Source of the DNA: an uncultured candidate division Zixibacteria bacterium
GTDB lineage: Bacteria; Zixibacteria; MSB-5A5; GN15; FEB-12
Direction: 5' to 3'
DNA: 64,000 nucleotides
Assembly (NCBI GenBank): GCA_963806185.1
Contig: CAWDXE010000005.1
Coordinates: 1 to 64,000 of the forward strand
Part shown: positions 1-9,409 of the stretch, piece by piece
Numbering within the stretch: the stretch's first letter is position 1
How the letters are laid out: the number at the start of each line of letters is the position of its first letter
The notes under the pieces: generated by a model
What the model was told of the DNA's origin: nothing
What the model saw: the letters and a program-made list of their open reading frames with translations, nothing else
The model's database searches: none
Made by a program: the position numbers and the translations under genes

Positions 1-522
1 GCCTCGGCGAAATGGCTCATCGACAGCAAGTACACCAACCCGGACAAGCTGGTCATCATGGGCGGCTCCAACGGTGGCCTGCTTATGGGTGCTGCGCTGA
101 CGCAGCATCCCGAGTATTATCGCGCGGTGGTGACTCGCGTGGGCATCTACGATGGTATCCGTTCTGAAACTACTCCCAATGGCGAATTCAACACGACCGA
201 ATTCGGCACGGTGAAAAAGCAGGATGAGTTCAAGGCCCTGTTGGCCTATTCACCTTTGCACAATGTGAAGGACGGCACCCCTTATCCCGCCGTTCTGTTG
301 ACTACTGGAGAACACGATGGTCGTGTCGAGTCATGGCATTCCAAGAAGATGACCGCGCGCCTGCAGGCTGCGACATCGTCCGATCGTCCGATTCTATTGC
401 GTACCAGTACGACCGCCGGCCACGGCATCGGCACATCGCTGAGTGAGGAAGTCGAAACCGAAACCGACGTTTACTGTTTCCTCTTCTCGCAACTCGGCCT
501 CAGGTACAATTTGCCGAAGTAG
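1..522 (+). CDS. Prolyl oligopeptidase (S9A), C-terminal part (5' truncated by window)
   Basis: Frame open from base 1; GGSNGG nucleophile motif, HDGRV (Asp) and AGHG (His) catalytic motifs. Confidence 0.93.
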   Translation, partial: ASAKWLIDSKYTNPDKLVIMGGSNGGLLMGAALTQHPEYYRAVVTRVGIYDGIRSETTPNGEFNTTEFGTVKKQDEFKALLAYSPLHNVKDGTPYPAVLLTTGEHDGRVESWHSKKMTARLQAATSSDRPILLRTSTTAGHGIGTSLSEEVETETDVYCFLFSQLGLRYNLPK

Positions 523-576
523 CGACGCTTCACACGTGGCACTCATCCCATGGGCCACATCGAGCGGGGCCACCCC

Positions 577-955
577 GTAGGTCGGGTCTTGGAGCGAGCC
601 TTGCTCGCGTAATGACCCGACACCTATCCACCAATCTCGCCTATGCTGCACGTGTGCCGTCAGGCTCTCGCGCCTCACACCGTGCACCCCGCTCCTTGTA
701 CCACACCCCCCGCTACTCATTGCGAGGAGCGCAGCGACGAAGCAACCTCATATCCCTCGCTCCACGCCGACCTTCCCTTCTCGCAAGCGATCTTCGTCAT
801 CGTCATCGCTGGGCCAGACCCCTGCGAATGTCATCGCGAGGCCCGCTTCCTCCCCTCGTCATCCTGAATTATTCCAATGATTCAGGATCGCAGAGTCCGG
901 CAACTCCCCGACCGCGTCATCGCAAGGCGCCTTTCGCCCAGCATTAATCTTTCAG
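577..955. repeat. Mosaic of REP-like palindromes
   Basis: GTAGGTCGGGT..ACCCGAC, CATTGCGAGG..CGAAGCAACCTC and GTCATCCTGAA..TTCAGGATC units, each recurring many times in the window. Confidence 0.8.
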
Positions 956-1007
956 CTGAAGTTTCCGAAACCCGGCAAACACCTGAGTGCCGGGTGAGGC
1001 GGCGGGT

Positions 1008-1568
1008 TCAATACCCCATCAGGGTCACCAGAAACGTGATCGCCGCGTGGCGGTTGGAGTGTCCCCCTTGATGATCCAAGCCAAACAGACCATGAACGCT
1101 GGCCGATAAGTGCGGGAAAGCATACCGCCCCGCCCCCACATGAACGCCAGGACAGTACCCGTTCCACTTCCCCGATTCGTCTGCCTTTAGCAGTACACCC
1201 AGCCCAACCATCGTAAAATATGGACGCTTATCCAAGCCGTAATGGTGTGTCCACGATGCCCCTCGCCAGACTTGTGTGGAGGCCAAAATCCTCCCGTGGC
1301 TCCGATGCATCCCGAAGGCATTGTGAACCTCAATGAGGACGCCGTCGCGCTTCGTGAAGCCGTAGCCCAATGCCAGGCGAAGCGCTATGCCGGAGCCCGA
1401 ATGTCCAGTGCCGCCATGCGATTCGTAGACATAAGGTGCCACGCCCATACCAAAACCGTAGCACCAGCCCTTCGGTGAATCCTCCGCCGACTTTCCTTCC
1501 GCGGCCGCCGCCGGTCTCCCAGCAAGCACAATGCATGCGATAGCACATGCGACAAACATCCTGGCCAT
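1008..1568 (-). CDS. Outer-membrane beta-barrel-like protein
   Basis: Signal peptide MARMFVACAIAC..AAA, Gly/aromatic alternating strands, C-terminal aromatic residue; ATG overlaps upstream TGA (ATGA). Confidence 0.65.
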   Translation of the reverse strand: MARMFVACAIACIVLAGRPAAAAEGKSAEDSPKGWCYGFGMGVAPYVYESHGGTGHSGSGIALRLALGYGFTKRDGVLIEVHNAFGMHRSHGRILASTQVWRGASWTHHYGLDKRPYFTMVGLGVLLKADESGKWNGYCPGVHVGAGRYAFPHLSASVHGLFGLDHQGGHSNRHAAITFLVTLMGY

Positions 1569-2140
1569 CAAAACCCCATTACCCCTACAAGTACCTGACC
1601 ACTCGTCGCTGTTATTCCACTTCCCCAGGCATGACTTATTGCACAACCTACCCAGACATGCTTGAGCACGAATTTCCCAATACTCCCCTTTGTGGACGTA
1701 CCGAACCGAATGCCGTCCTCGTGGTCGATTACCAGGATTCCCCAGCCCATCCCGCCGTTGACAAACCAGGGTTTTTGATTATTCGTGAAATAGTATTCGC
1801 CTGCCAATCCGAATGAGCAGATGCTGAACTCCCTGTACGGGCGGTCTTCGAACTCTCCACTGACTGCTGCTACATCGAAATAGACGGCTCCGCGATTACT
1901 AACTCCATGACCAACCACGACGCCAAACACTGCACCGGTATAGCTCATGTCGGTGCGAGCTCCCTCCGACTCAAACGCCGCACTCGGCGCGACGCCCCCA
2001 TAGAATCCCGCGATAAATCCTTGCCGCTGCCCATCAAAGATCTTCGCCTCAATTGTAGGTGGAAATAGACCAAAAGAAATGATCAGGAATAACACGAGCG
2101 TCCGCCACCGGACCACTGAGAATACTTGATTACCCAACAT
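1568..2140 (-). CDS. Outer-membrane beta-barrel-like protein, likely paralog of the downstream gene
   Basis: Signal peptide, amphipathic strands, ends ..VMGF versus ..LMGY in the neighbour. Confidence 0.65.
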   Translation of the reverse strand: MLGNQVFSVVRWRTLVLFLIISFGLFPPTIEAKIFDGQRQGFIAGFYGGVAPSAAFESEGARTDMSYTGAVFGVVVGHGVSNRGAVYFDVAAVSGEFEDRPYREFSICSFGLAGEYYFTNNQKPWFVNGGMGWGILVIDHEDGIRFGTSTKGSIGKFVLKHVWVGCAISHAWGSGITATSGQVLVGVMGF

Positions 2141-2227
2141 CTACACCCCAATCTTGAGATGCTCGGGGAGTCCTGCTCGCTCTTCAAGATAAATACAAGT
2201 CGATCTATTGTCCAGCCGCCCCCCCAC

Positions 2228-2256
2228 AAAAAAACCCCCGCCTTTTCGCGGGGGTT
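2228..2256 (-). terminator. Intrinsic terminator
   Basis: AACCCCC..GGGGGTT stem with a T-tract on the minus strand. Confidence 0.6.
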
Positions 2257-2421
2257 AGGACATGGATTTCTCCAAGTAATCTTCTACAGACACCCTGTTT
2301 ATCCGGGCATCGTCACTACCAGTATACTACACGCCACTGTGCGGCGCAAGTGAAAAATGGTCCCCAATCACCACTTATTTCCCTCTTAGTTGGCGCACTA
2401 ATTGCTCCCCCCAACATTACG

Positions 2422-2817
2422 TCACACCTTCGTATGGTCCGGCCACTTGCCAATGTCCGACACCTCCAACTCGTCCTTCTTTTCCCTTTCCTCCCGATCC
2501 GGCCGCGTTGCCACCGACCATACGACCACAATCAATAACAGAATCGTAATCACCTGCAGCGTAATGACCGTCACCATCCCCGCCGTCATCTTCCTCCCCC
2601 TCCCGCACCGCCATTCACCGCCCGACACAAACAGGCCGCCAACATCGGCTCCGCTATCACTATCGGCAATTGCTTCCCCTGCCTGTCGATCAGCCAGTAC
2701 CGTATCGTCTGTCCGCAATCTTCCGCCACCACCGTAAACGGTAATACATACCCCAGGTCCGCCACCGCCAGTCACTCCCGCCGTCGTTTCTCCGCTCTTC
2801 ACGAGCACTCCCCACAT
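2422..2817 (-). CDS. Hypothetical small membrane protein
   Basis: One strong hydrophobic segment followed by a charged tail; start uncertain. Confidence 0.35.
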   Translation of the reverse strand: MWGVLVKSGETTAGVTGGGGPGVCITVYGGGGRLRTDDTVLADRQAGEAIADSDSGADVGGLFVSGGEWRCGRGRKMTAGMVTVITLQVITILLLIVVVWSVATRPDREEREKKDELEVSDIGKWPDHTKV

Positions 2818-3000
2818 AGACTTCTGTCACATTCTCTCCTGGTGCCTCGAAATCCGCCCAGATCGCTTGGTCGAGTGTAGCTCGACGTTGCCGGGCTACG
2901 CGCACCGACTCACGTGGGAGCACACATCCACCGGACAGTACGCTCACCCGGCGCCGTCGCGTCAATATCGTAGCGTGAACTACCCACAAATTATCTGGCC

Positions 3001-3021
3001 ATGCGTCACCTCATGACGTAT
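3001..3021. promoter_or_regulatory. Putative operator of the WYL regulator
   Basis: ATGCGTCA-N5-TGACGTAT inverted repeat (7/8) in the AT-rich region upstream of the WYL gene. Confidence 0.5.
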
Positions 3022-3078
3022 CTTTAGAATATTCTTGTATTAATTCAGATGGCGACAAACTCAGAGTGACAACCAATC

Positions 3079-4083
3079 ATGGCCGAGATTAAACAGGTCG
3101 AACGCGTCATCCGGCTCCTCCAGCGACTGGCCCTGCGCCCCGAGGTAACCGTCGATCAACTCTACGACTACTTCGATTGCGGCGTCCCCAAACGCACCCT
3201 CCAGCGCGACCTCGTCGAACTCTCCTGCGCCGGCATCCCTCTCGTCACTAAACCCGGCCACGGCCGCGAACTCGTCTGGTACCTCGATCCCGATTTCCTG
3301 AAATTCGTGCCCATGACCATCGGCAGCAAAGAACTGATGGCCTCCTACTTTCTCGAACGCCTCGCCGGTATCGCCCACGGCACCACTCTCGAGGCTGACG
3401 TCCACTCACTGCTGGACAAGGCCAAACAGCTTGTGCGACCCGATGTCTTCCACGTCCACCAACCGAGCGACTCGGCCGATGAATTCTTCGGCGCCACCTT
3501 TGTCGGCCACATCGACTACACTCCTCATTCGGCCACTATCGATACACTCATTACCGCCATTTCTGAACGCCGTCGCTGCCAACTCGTCTACAAGCCGGCC
3601 ATGAGTGAAGCGTCGTCAACTTTTGACGCCGACCCTTACCTCATTCTTTATCACAAGGGAGCACTCTACTGCGTCGCCTTCGGCCTGTCGCACAACAAGT
3701 TCTTGTTTCTGCCGATCCAACGCATTCGCAGCGCGCACCCCACTGGAAAGACGTTCAAGCGAAGCCGCGCCTTCTCCCTCGAGAAAATTCGCCAGGGCCG
3801 CTTCGGCATCTTCGGCAATGAACACCTGAGACCTCAGGTGGTCGTCCTGCGCTTCTCTGAGGACATAGCCGACGTCATCGCCGAACGCATCTGGCATTCG
3901 TCCCAGAAGATCGAACGCCACGCCGACGGCTCGCTTACCCTCTCGATGAAATCGGTAATCTCCGACGAACTCCGCAGCTGGATCGCCGGCTGGATGGATT
4001 ATGTGCAGGTCATCAAACCTGCTTCACTGCAACTCAGGAGTACTCCCTATGGCCGATCCCGCGTCCGGAAAACGAAGTCGTAA
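3079..4083 (+). CDS. HTH-WYL-WCX transcriptional regulator
   Basis: N-terminal wHTH (KRTLQRDLVEL), WYL-type DPYLILYHKGALYCVAF and QRIRS, WCX-type WHSSQKIE and ELRSWIAGW..VQVIKP. Confidence 0.9.
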   Translation: MAEIKQVERVIRLLQRLALRPEVTVDQLYDYFDCGVPKRTLQRDLVELSCAGIPLVTKPGHGRELVWYLDPDFLKFVPMTIGSKELMASYFLERLAGIAHGTTLEADVHSLLDKAKQLVRPDVFHVHQPSDSADEFFGATFVGHIDYTPHSATIDTLITAISERRRCQLVYKPAMSEASSTFDADPYLILYHKGALYCVAFGLSHNKFLFLPIQRIRSAHPTGKTFKRSRAFSLEKIRQGRFGIFGNEHLRPQVVVLRFSEDIADVIAERIWHSSQKIERHADGSLTLSMKSVISDELRSWIAGWMDYVQVIKPASLQLRSTPYGRSRVRKTKS

Positions 4084-4804
4084 TCTCTACGATCCGCACT
4101 CGGACAAACCGTTCAAGCTCAGCCGTTCAAAATTGGAATTGTATTTTGAATGCCCACGCTGCTTTTATATCGACCGACGGCTCGGCGTCGGCCGACCGGA
4201 TATCCCCGGCTATACGCTCAATAACGCCGTCGATGAACTTCTCAAGCGCGAATTCGACCGCTACCGCGCCCAACAGCAGCCTCATCCCATTATGAAGGAG
4301 CACGGCGTCAACGCCGTCCCGCTCCTCCATCCCGAGATCGATACCTGGCGGGCCAACTTCACCGGTATCCAGTACCCGCTCCCGAATAGCAACCTGCTCA
4401 TTCACGGCGCCGTCGACGATATCTGGACCACCCCCGAAGACGAATACATTGTTGTGGACTACAAAGCGACCAGCACCACCGCCGAGATCACCCTCGATTC
4501 CGCATACCGCCAATCATACAAGCGCCAGATGGAAATCTACCAGTGGCTGCTGCGTCGCAACGGCTACAACGTCCGAAATCGCGGCTACATCGTCTACGCC
4601 AACGCCAGTAAGGCCGAGGAATCGTTCGACTGCCGCCTGACGTTCACGATGACCCTGCATCCGTACGATGGTAGTGATGATTGGGTGGAAAACTTGATTC
4701 GACGCGCCCATGCCTGTCTTTGTGAAGACCGCGCGCCCAAAAGGTCCGACAACTGCAAATACTGCGCCTACGTGACCGGAGCAACCCTGCCCCCGTCCGA
4801 ATGA
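4049..4804 (+). CDS. PD-(D/E)XK nuclease (RecB/Cas4-like)
   Basis: LSRSKLE..CPRCF, GAVDD, VVDYK, QMEIY, C-terminal CKYC; overlaps the end of the WYL gene. Confidence 0.85.
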   Translation: MADPASGKRSRNLYDPHSDKPFKLSRSKLELYFECPRCFYIDRRLGVGRPDIPGYTLNNAVDELLKREFDRYRAQQQPHPIMKEHGVNAVPLLHPEIDTWRANFTGIQYPLPNSNLLIHGAVDDIWTTPEDEYIVVDYKATSTTAEITLDSAYRQSYKRQMEIYQWLLRRNGYNVRNRGYIVYANASKAEESFDCRLTFTMTLHPYDGSDDWVENLIRRAHACLCEDRAPKRSDNCKYCAYVTGATLPPSE

Positions 4805-4811
4805 ACGCCCC

Positions 4812-6041
4812 CTACTCCTCTTCCGCCCCCTTCTTCCTTCGCGCCGTCACCCTGGCCGACTCGCGACTGATCATAAACTGCCGAAGCGTCTCCAATTGCT
4901 GAGGCGTCACCCGCTCTTTGAGTACCACGTCCTTCATAAGCAGTCCGGCATCGAGCGTAAAACACTGGTCCAACCCCATCCCCCGCACGATCGACGCCAA
5001 CTCCCCAAACTTCTCCTGGTCATTTGACTTTGTGATAAACACTTCCTCAGCTTTGACCGACACCGCGATCGTCGCGTCCCCCGCCACGAACTTGTTCATC
5101 CCCAGATCTTTCGACGCCTGCACCAGATCGGCTTTCAACGCTTCATGCTCCGCCTTCACTTCCTTGAACCGCGCATCGATCTCGACAAACTTCGCCGCCG
5201 TCGCATTAGCAGACTCGAGCGTCGTCTTCTCCACTCCCGCCACGACTTCCGCCTCGCCCGCCAGAATCATCGCGTGACGCTTCGCCGGACAATACTTCCT
5301 GAAGTCGCAGTACAAACACTGCCCCCCCTCGCGCGTCGGGAAATCATTCAGTCGCGTGGCTCGCCGAACTTCCAGCACCTCGATCCGCAACTGCTCGACC
5401 AATTCATCGAGATCTTCCGACGACATCCGATGCCGTACCACTTCATCATGCCGCAAGTAGTACTGGCACAATTCAACGTCGGTGAATTGGGGATACCGCG
5501 CCTGCACCGACAGCTGATATATCCCCATCTGGTACCAGAACGACGGGTCCATCGCCGATGCCATCGTCTTGCCCGTCTTGTAATCGCAAATCTCCACTAC
5601 CCCGTCCTTGCGCTTCCATAGCCGGTCGATTCGCGCTTTGAATCCGATCAGGGCGCCCGGGAGCTCAAACGTCAACGCCATCTCACTCCCGATCTGCACT
5701 CCCTGATCAAACGGCGCGTAGTGTTCATAATGCGTGCGCAGCATTTTCTCGCCGAGGACGATGTAGTCGCCCACTGCCATATTCTCATTGACGACCTCAA
5801 TCTTCTTGGCGTCGCCCCCCCATTGCCGGTGGTATCTCTCGAGAATGTTGTTGAGTGGCAGCACGACCCCGTCGCCAACCGCATCGTACAGACGTTTCAA
5901 TGCCGTGTGCACCGCCGATCCCAGGAAGGCGTCGGCCGTCGTCCGATCCGGTGTGTCTATATCGGAATCGTATTCGAATTGGAATTTCTTGGGACAGCTC
6001 CGGTACGATTCCAGAGCGCTATGACTGAATGTGGTTATCAT
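4812..6041 (-). CDS. PD-(D/E)XK RecB-family nuclease with C-terminal coiled/helical extension
   Basis: FSHSALESYRSCP, GSAVH, ARIDR, ICDYKTG, QMGIY, CLYCDFRKYC (4-Cys Fe-S pattern). Confidence 0.88.
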   Translation of the reverse strand: MITTFSHSALESYRSCPKKFQFEYDSDIDTPDRTTADAFLGSAVHTALKRLYDAVGDGVVLPLNNILERYHRQWGGDAKKIEVVNENMAVGDYIVLGEKMLRTHYEHYAPFDQGVQIGSEMALTFELPGALIGFKARIDRLWKRKDGVVEICDYKTGKTMASAMDPSFWYQMGIYQLSVQARYPQFTDVELCQYYLRHDEVVRHRMSSEDLDELVEQLRIEVLEVRRATRLNDFPTREGGQCLYCDFRKYCPAKRHAMILAGEAEVVAGVEKTTLESANATAAKFVEIDARFKEVKAEHEALKADLVQASKDLGMNKFVAGDATIAVSVKAEEVFITKSNDQEKFGELASIVRGMGLDQCFTLDAGLLMKDVVLKERVTPQQLETLRQFMISRESARVTARRKKGAEEE

Positions 6042-6120
6042 GCCGACAATATACGTCGCCGGTTCCGCCGGGCAATTCCATTTTCGGGAGAACGACCGCA
6101 CCGCGGTCAAATGTGATAGG

Positions 6121-7215
6121 CTAGCCGCGCCGGGTCGCCGCGAGGCAATTCACCCAGCCCGACCGCATGGCACTCCAGCTATACTTCAGCGCATCCTGCC
6201 GCCCTTGCAGCGACAGCACACTCACCAACTCAGGGTGCTCCACCAACTCGATAATCCGGTCTGCCATCGCCGACGGGTCACTCACCGGTACCGCCAGGCC
6301 ATTCACCCGGTCCTTGACGATATTCAGAATCCCCCCCGCGTCAGTGGTCACCACCGGCAATCCCGCTGCCTGCGCTTCAATCAGCGACAACGGCGTATCA
6401 TCAAGCAGCGATGCATTCAGGTACATGTCCGCTTCCTGATACAACGCCAACCGACCGGCGTCGTCCGCCACCCGCCTGAACGTCACCCCCGCCAGCCGCT
6501 CACGTTCGACCATCACCCGCAACTCCGGCTCTTGAGATCCCTGCCCGGTGAGGATCAACTCCGCCCGCGGATATTTTTGCTTCACTAGACGAAACGCCGC
6601 CAGCGCTCCAACGACATTGTAGATCGGTTCCAGCGGACGATCGAGCAGGATCTTCGGTTGCACCGATTTCACGTGACGCTCCTGAATCAGCTCCACGTCC
6701 ACAGGAGCCGCCACTACCTTGGTTTTGAGACTGTACCGCTGAAACACGGCCGACGAATACCGCGAGTTTACCACGATCTCATCCGCCATCCGGAAAACCG
6801 GTCCGAGCAAACTCCGCCACCGTGACAGGTACTTCTCCGATTCCAGCAACCCGAAATGGACCACCACTCGCTTGCCGAAAAATCGGGCCAGCACGATTGA
6901 CGGGAGTATTGCGATAATCGACGATACCTCCGCCCCGGAGGCCAGGTAGACCACGTCGACATGCGCTATGGCCTGCGCCCTGTTGCGCCAGATCGACGGC
7001 AACCCGGTCACCAGGTCAACCAGAGAGGTCGATCCCTGTCGGTTCGACGACAGCGACGCCACCGTCACCCGCCACCCTTCGCCTTCCAGACGTCGGGCCA
7101 GGGTAATTATCGAACGTCGATCGCTATCACTCTCCGGGCAAAGGCAGAGTAACGCGCTCGCCGGTGCGTCGGCGACCTCATTCGTCAATGCTGTAGAAAC
7201 GTGGCTTTCGCTCAT
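6121..7215 (-). CDS. Glycosyltransferase family 4 (GT-B)
   Basis: PLSLIEAQAAGLPVVTTDAGG motif, NGLAV, YSW C-terminus. Confidence 0.88.
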   Translation of the reverse strand: MSESHVSTALTNEVADAPASALLCLCPESDSDRRSIITLARRLEGEGWRVTVASLSSNRQGSTSLVDLVTGLPSIWRNRAQAIAHVDVVYLASGAEVSSIIAILPSIVLARFFGKRVVVHFGLLESEKYLSRWRSLLGPVFRMADEIVVNSRYSSAVFQRYSLKTKVVAAPVDVELIQERHVKSVQPKILLDRPLEPIYNVVGALAAFRLVKQKYPRAELILTGQGSQEPELRVMVERERLAGVTFRRVADDAGRLALYQEADMYLNASLLDDTPLSLIEAQAAGLPVVTTDAGGILNIVKDRVNGLAVPVSDPSAMADRIIELVEHPELVSVLSLQGRQDALKYSWSAMRSGWVNCLAATRRG

Positions 7216-7295
7216 CACCCCATTATACACGGCAGTCCATTGCCCGATCATCCCGCCGCCCTGATTTCAATGACTTGCCTACGCCCCGCATTAAT

Positions 7296-7328
7296 AAAAA
7301 AGCAGCCTGCTTGCGCAGACTGCTCTTT
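7296..7328. terminator. Intrinsic terminator, possibly bidirectional
   Basis: A-run, GCAGCCTGC-loop-GCAGACTGC stem, then TCTTT. Confidence 0.6.
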
Positions 7329-7720
7329 CACGAACTCTGCGGACCAGTCCCCGAAGTCCGCAGCTCCCCCGAAGTGTAGCCCCGATTTTTGCTCCCCCCG
7401 AAGCCCCCATCTTGCCTGCCCCTTTTCCCCCTGAGTCGAGACAGACAAGCTTTCCATATGTAAACCGTGTGCCAATTCCCCACTTCCCGCACAGCTACCC
7501 CATCAACATTCCTGCTCCCAACAGCTTGCGCCGACGATCATGTCCCTGGTTCCCCCCTTCCGTCACGCGCCATCTGCGGAATCCGTTCCAACCCGGCACA
7601 ATCTGTTTCATCCCTGTATCGATTGAAACGCCAAATGAAACAACGGCATCCAATCCTGCCCCCCACTGCCAAAAAAAAGACCCACCTCACGGCGGGCCCA
7701 TAATCATTTGTCTCCCGATT

Positions 7721-8278
7721 TCAATCCAGTTCGTACCCCAACAGCGAGTACAATGCCCCATCGCGAAATTCCCGCTGATAGAAATACAACTTCCGCAATA
7801 CCCCTTCGCGCTTGAACCCCGCCTTCTCCAGCATCTTCGCCGCCGCCAAATTCATCGTCGATACCTGCATGGTCATCCGGTTGATTTCCCGGTACCGCGC
7901 CAGATATTTCGTCAGCAGCCGTAACGCTTCGAGCGCGTAGCCGTTCTTGCGTACCTCCGGATCGACGATAATTGTCAACTCCGTCGCCCGATTCAGCAGA
8001 TTGGTATTCTGGTAACCGATCAACCCCACCGGCATGTTGTCGGCCTGGCGCGCTATGACAAACATCTGCCGAAGATCGCTCTTTTCCAGCTTGCGATACG
8101 CGTCCGCCGCCTCTGCTGCTGTCTGAAACATAAACGGCGTCGGCGTCAACATGTGCGGGTCCGACTGCATATACCAGTGATGCGTATTGGCGATGTCTTC
8201 CGCGCTCGCGGCGCGAAGATACACCTTCTCACCTACCAGCACCGGCAGGGTGGGGAATTGCGGACGCTTCTCGGCCAT
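7721..8278 (-). CDS. GNAT N-acetyltransferase (RimJ/RimL type)
   Basis: GEKVYLRA, RKNGYALEAL, NLAAAKMLEKAGFKREGVLR. Confidence 0.88.
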   Translation of the reverse strand: MAEKRPQFPTLPVLVGEKVYLRAASAEDIANTHHWYMQSDPHMLTPTPFMFQTAAEAADAYRKLEKSDLRQMFVIARQADNMPVGLIGYQNTNLLNRATELTIIVDPEVRKNGYALEALRLLTKYLARYREINRMTMQVSTMNLAAAKMLEKAGFKREGVLRKLYFYQREFRDGALYSLLGYELD

Positions 8279-8829
8279 CAGACGTACCTCTTCTTGATCT
8301 CCGGAAGTTTATCCCGATACATCTTGAGCGCATCCCGAATCGTGTTGACCGCGTCGAAATGCCCGCGTAGGTGATCAATGATCACTTCCTTGTTTTCCAG
8401 CGCCTTGTAATCCTCGAAAAACCGCTGCAGCTCGCGAATAATATGTTTCGGCAGCGCCGAAATGTCCTCGTAACTGTTGTACGCCGGATCGAATTTGTGC
8501 ACGGCGATAATCTTGTCGTCCTGCCCCTTTTCGTCACGCATCGACATCATCCCGATCGCCCGGCAATGCACCAGACACATCGGCGTGATCTTCTCCTGGC
8601 ACAGCACCAGCACGTCCAGCGGATCCTGGTCCTCGCAATAGCTCTGCGGGACAAAACCGTAATTTGCAGGATAATGCACGGCGCTGTATAGCACCCGGTC
8701 GGCCATCAACAGCCCCGTCTTTTTGTCCAGCTCGTACTTATTCTTACTCCCCTGGGAAATCTCAATGACGGCTACGAAGCTGTCCTCGATATCTTTCCCC
8801 GGGTCAACATCATGCCACGGATGAGTCAT
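8278..8829 (-). CDS. ppa: Inorganic pyrophosphatase, family I
   Basis: HPWHD, GSKNKYELDK, YPANYGF, DQDPLDVL, DDKII motifs; SD GGAGG. Confidence 0.96.
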   Translation of the reverse strand: MTHPWHDVDPGKDIEDSFVAVIEISQGSKNKYELDKKTGLLMADRVLYSAVHYPANYGFVPQSYCEDQDPLDVLVLCQEKITPMCLVHCRAIGMMSMRDEKGQDDKIIAVHKFDPAYNSYEDISALPKHIIRELQRFFEDYKALENKEVIIDHLRGHFDAVNTIRDALKMYRDKLPEIKKRYV

Positions 8830-9021
8830 TCTGCCTCCAATTTTCGACCCAGTATAACACCCCTCCTCAAACCGGGCAACAGAACTCGGCACACTGGCGC
8901 AGGTCGCTTCAACCGCTTGCCACCCTTGACCTTCGCCATACCACCGCCATCCCGTGAATCAGTCGCAGTTTTCTGTATGCGCACTATGGACTTTGCCACC
9001 CACGCAGTATAGTTTTGCTCT

Positions 9022-9378
9022 ATGCGCAACGTTATCTTCCTTCTGATCGCTTTGATCGCTCTCTTCTTCGCCGCTCAGGGCGTACTTCATCTCATGTACG
9101 GTCCATCCTATCCGTGGCTCCCGAGCGAAGATGAATGGATTCCCGATAGCCACGGCGGATGGGTCAAGCATGGCGCTGTCGACGAACCACCTCCGGCTGT
9201 GCCATCGGTCGACGTTCCCGTGTTTGCGCATTATGTGCCGATCTTTCTTCCCGCTCTTCTCCTGGGCTTGTTCCTCTTTACTCCACTCCGCCGCAAACTC
9301 GACGACCGCAACGGCCCTGTCGAAGTCGAAATCGACCCCGACAACGGCAGCGATTCCGCCGATAACAACGCGAAATAA
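9022..9378 (+). CDS. Hypothetical membrane protein (2 TM)
   Basis: Two hydrophobic segments; TATAGT just upstream of the ATG. Confidence 0.65.
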   Translation: MRNVIFLLIALIALFFAAQGVLHLMYGPSYPWLPSEDEWIPDSHGGWVKHGAVDEPPPAVPSVDVPVFAHYVPIFLPALLLGLFLFTPLRRKLDDRNGPVEVEIDPDNGSDSADNNAK

Positions 9379-9409
9379 CTCGGCGTCCTCCACACCGACT
9401 CATCGTCAT

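Noticed and set aside
4049..6041. cas4 genes of a CRISPR-Cas locus
   Set aside because: Only generic PD-(D/E)XK motifs; no other cas genes or array
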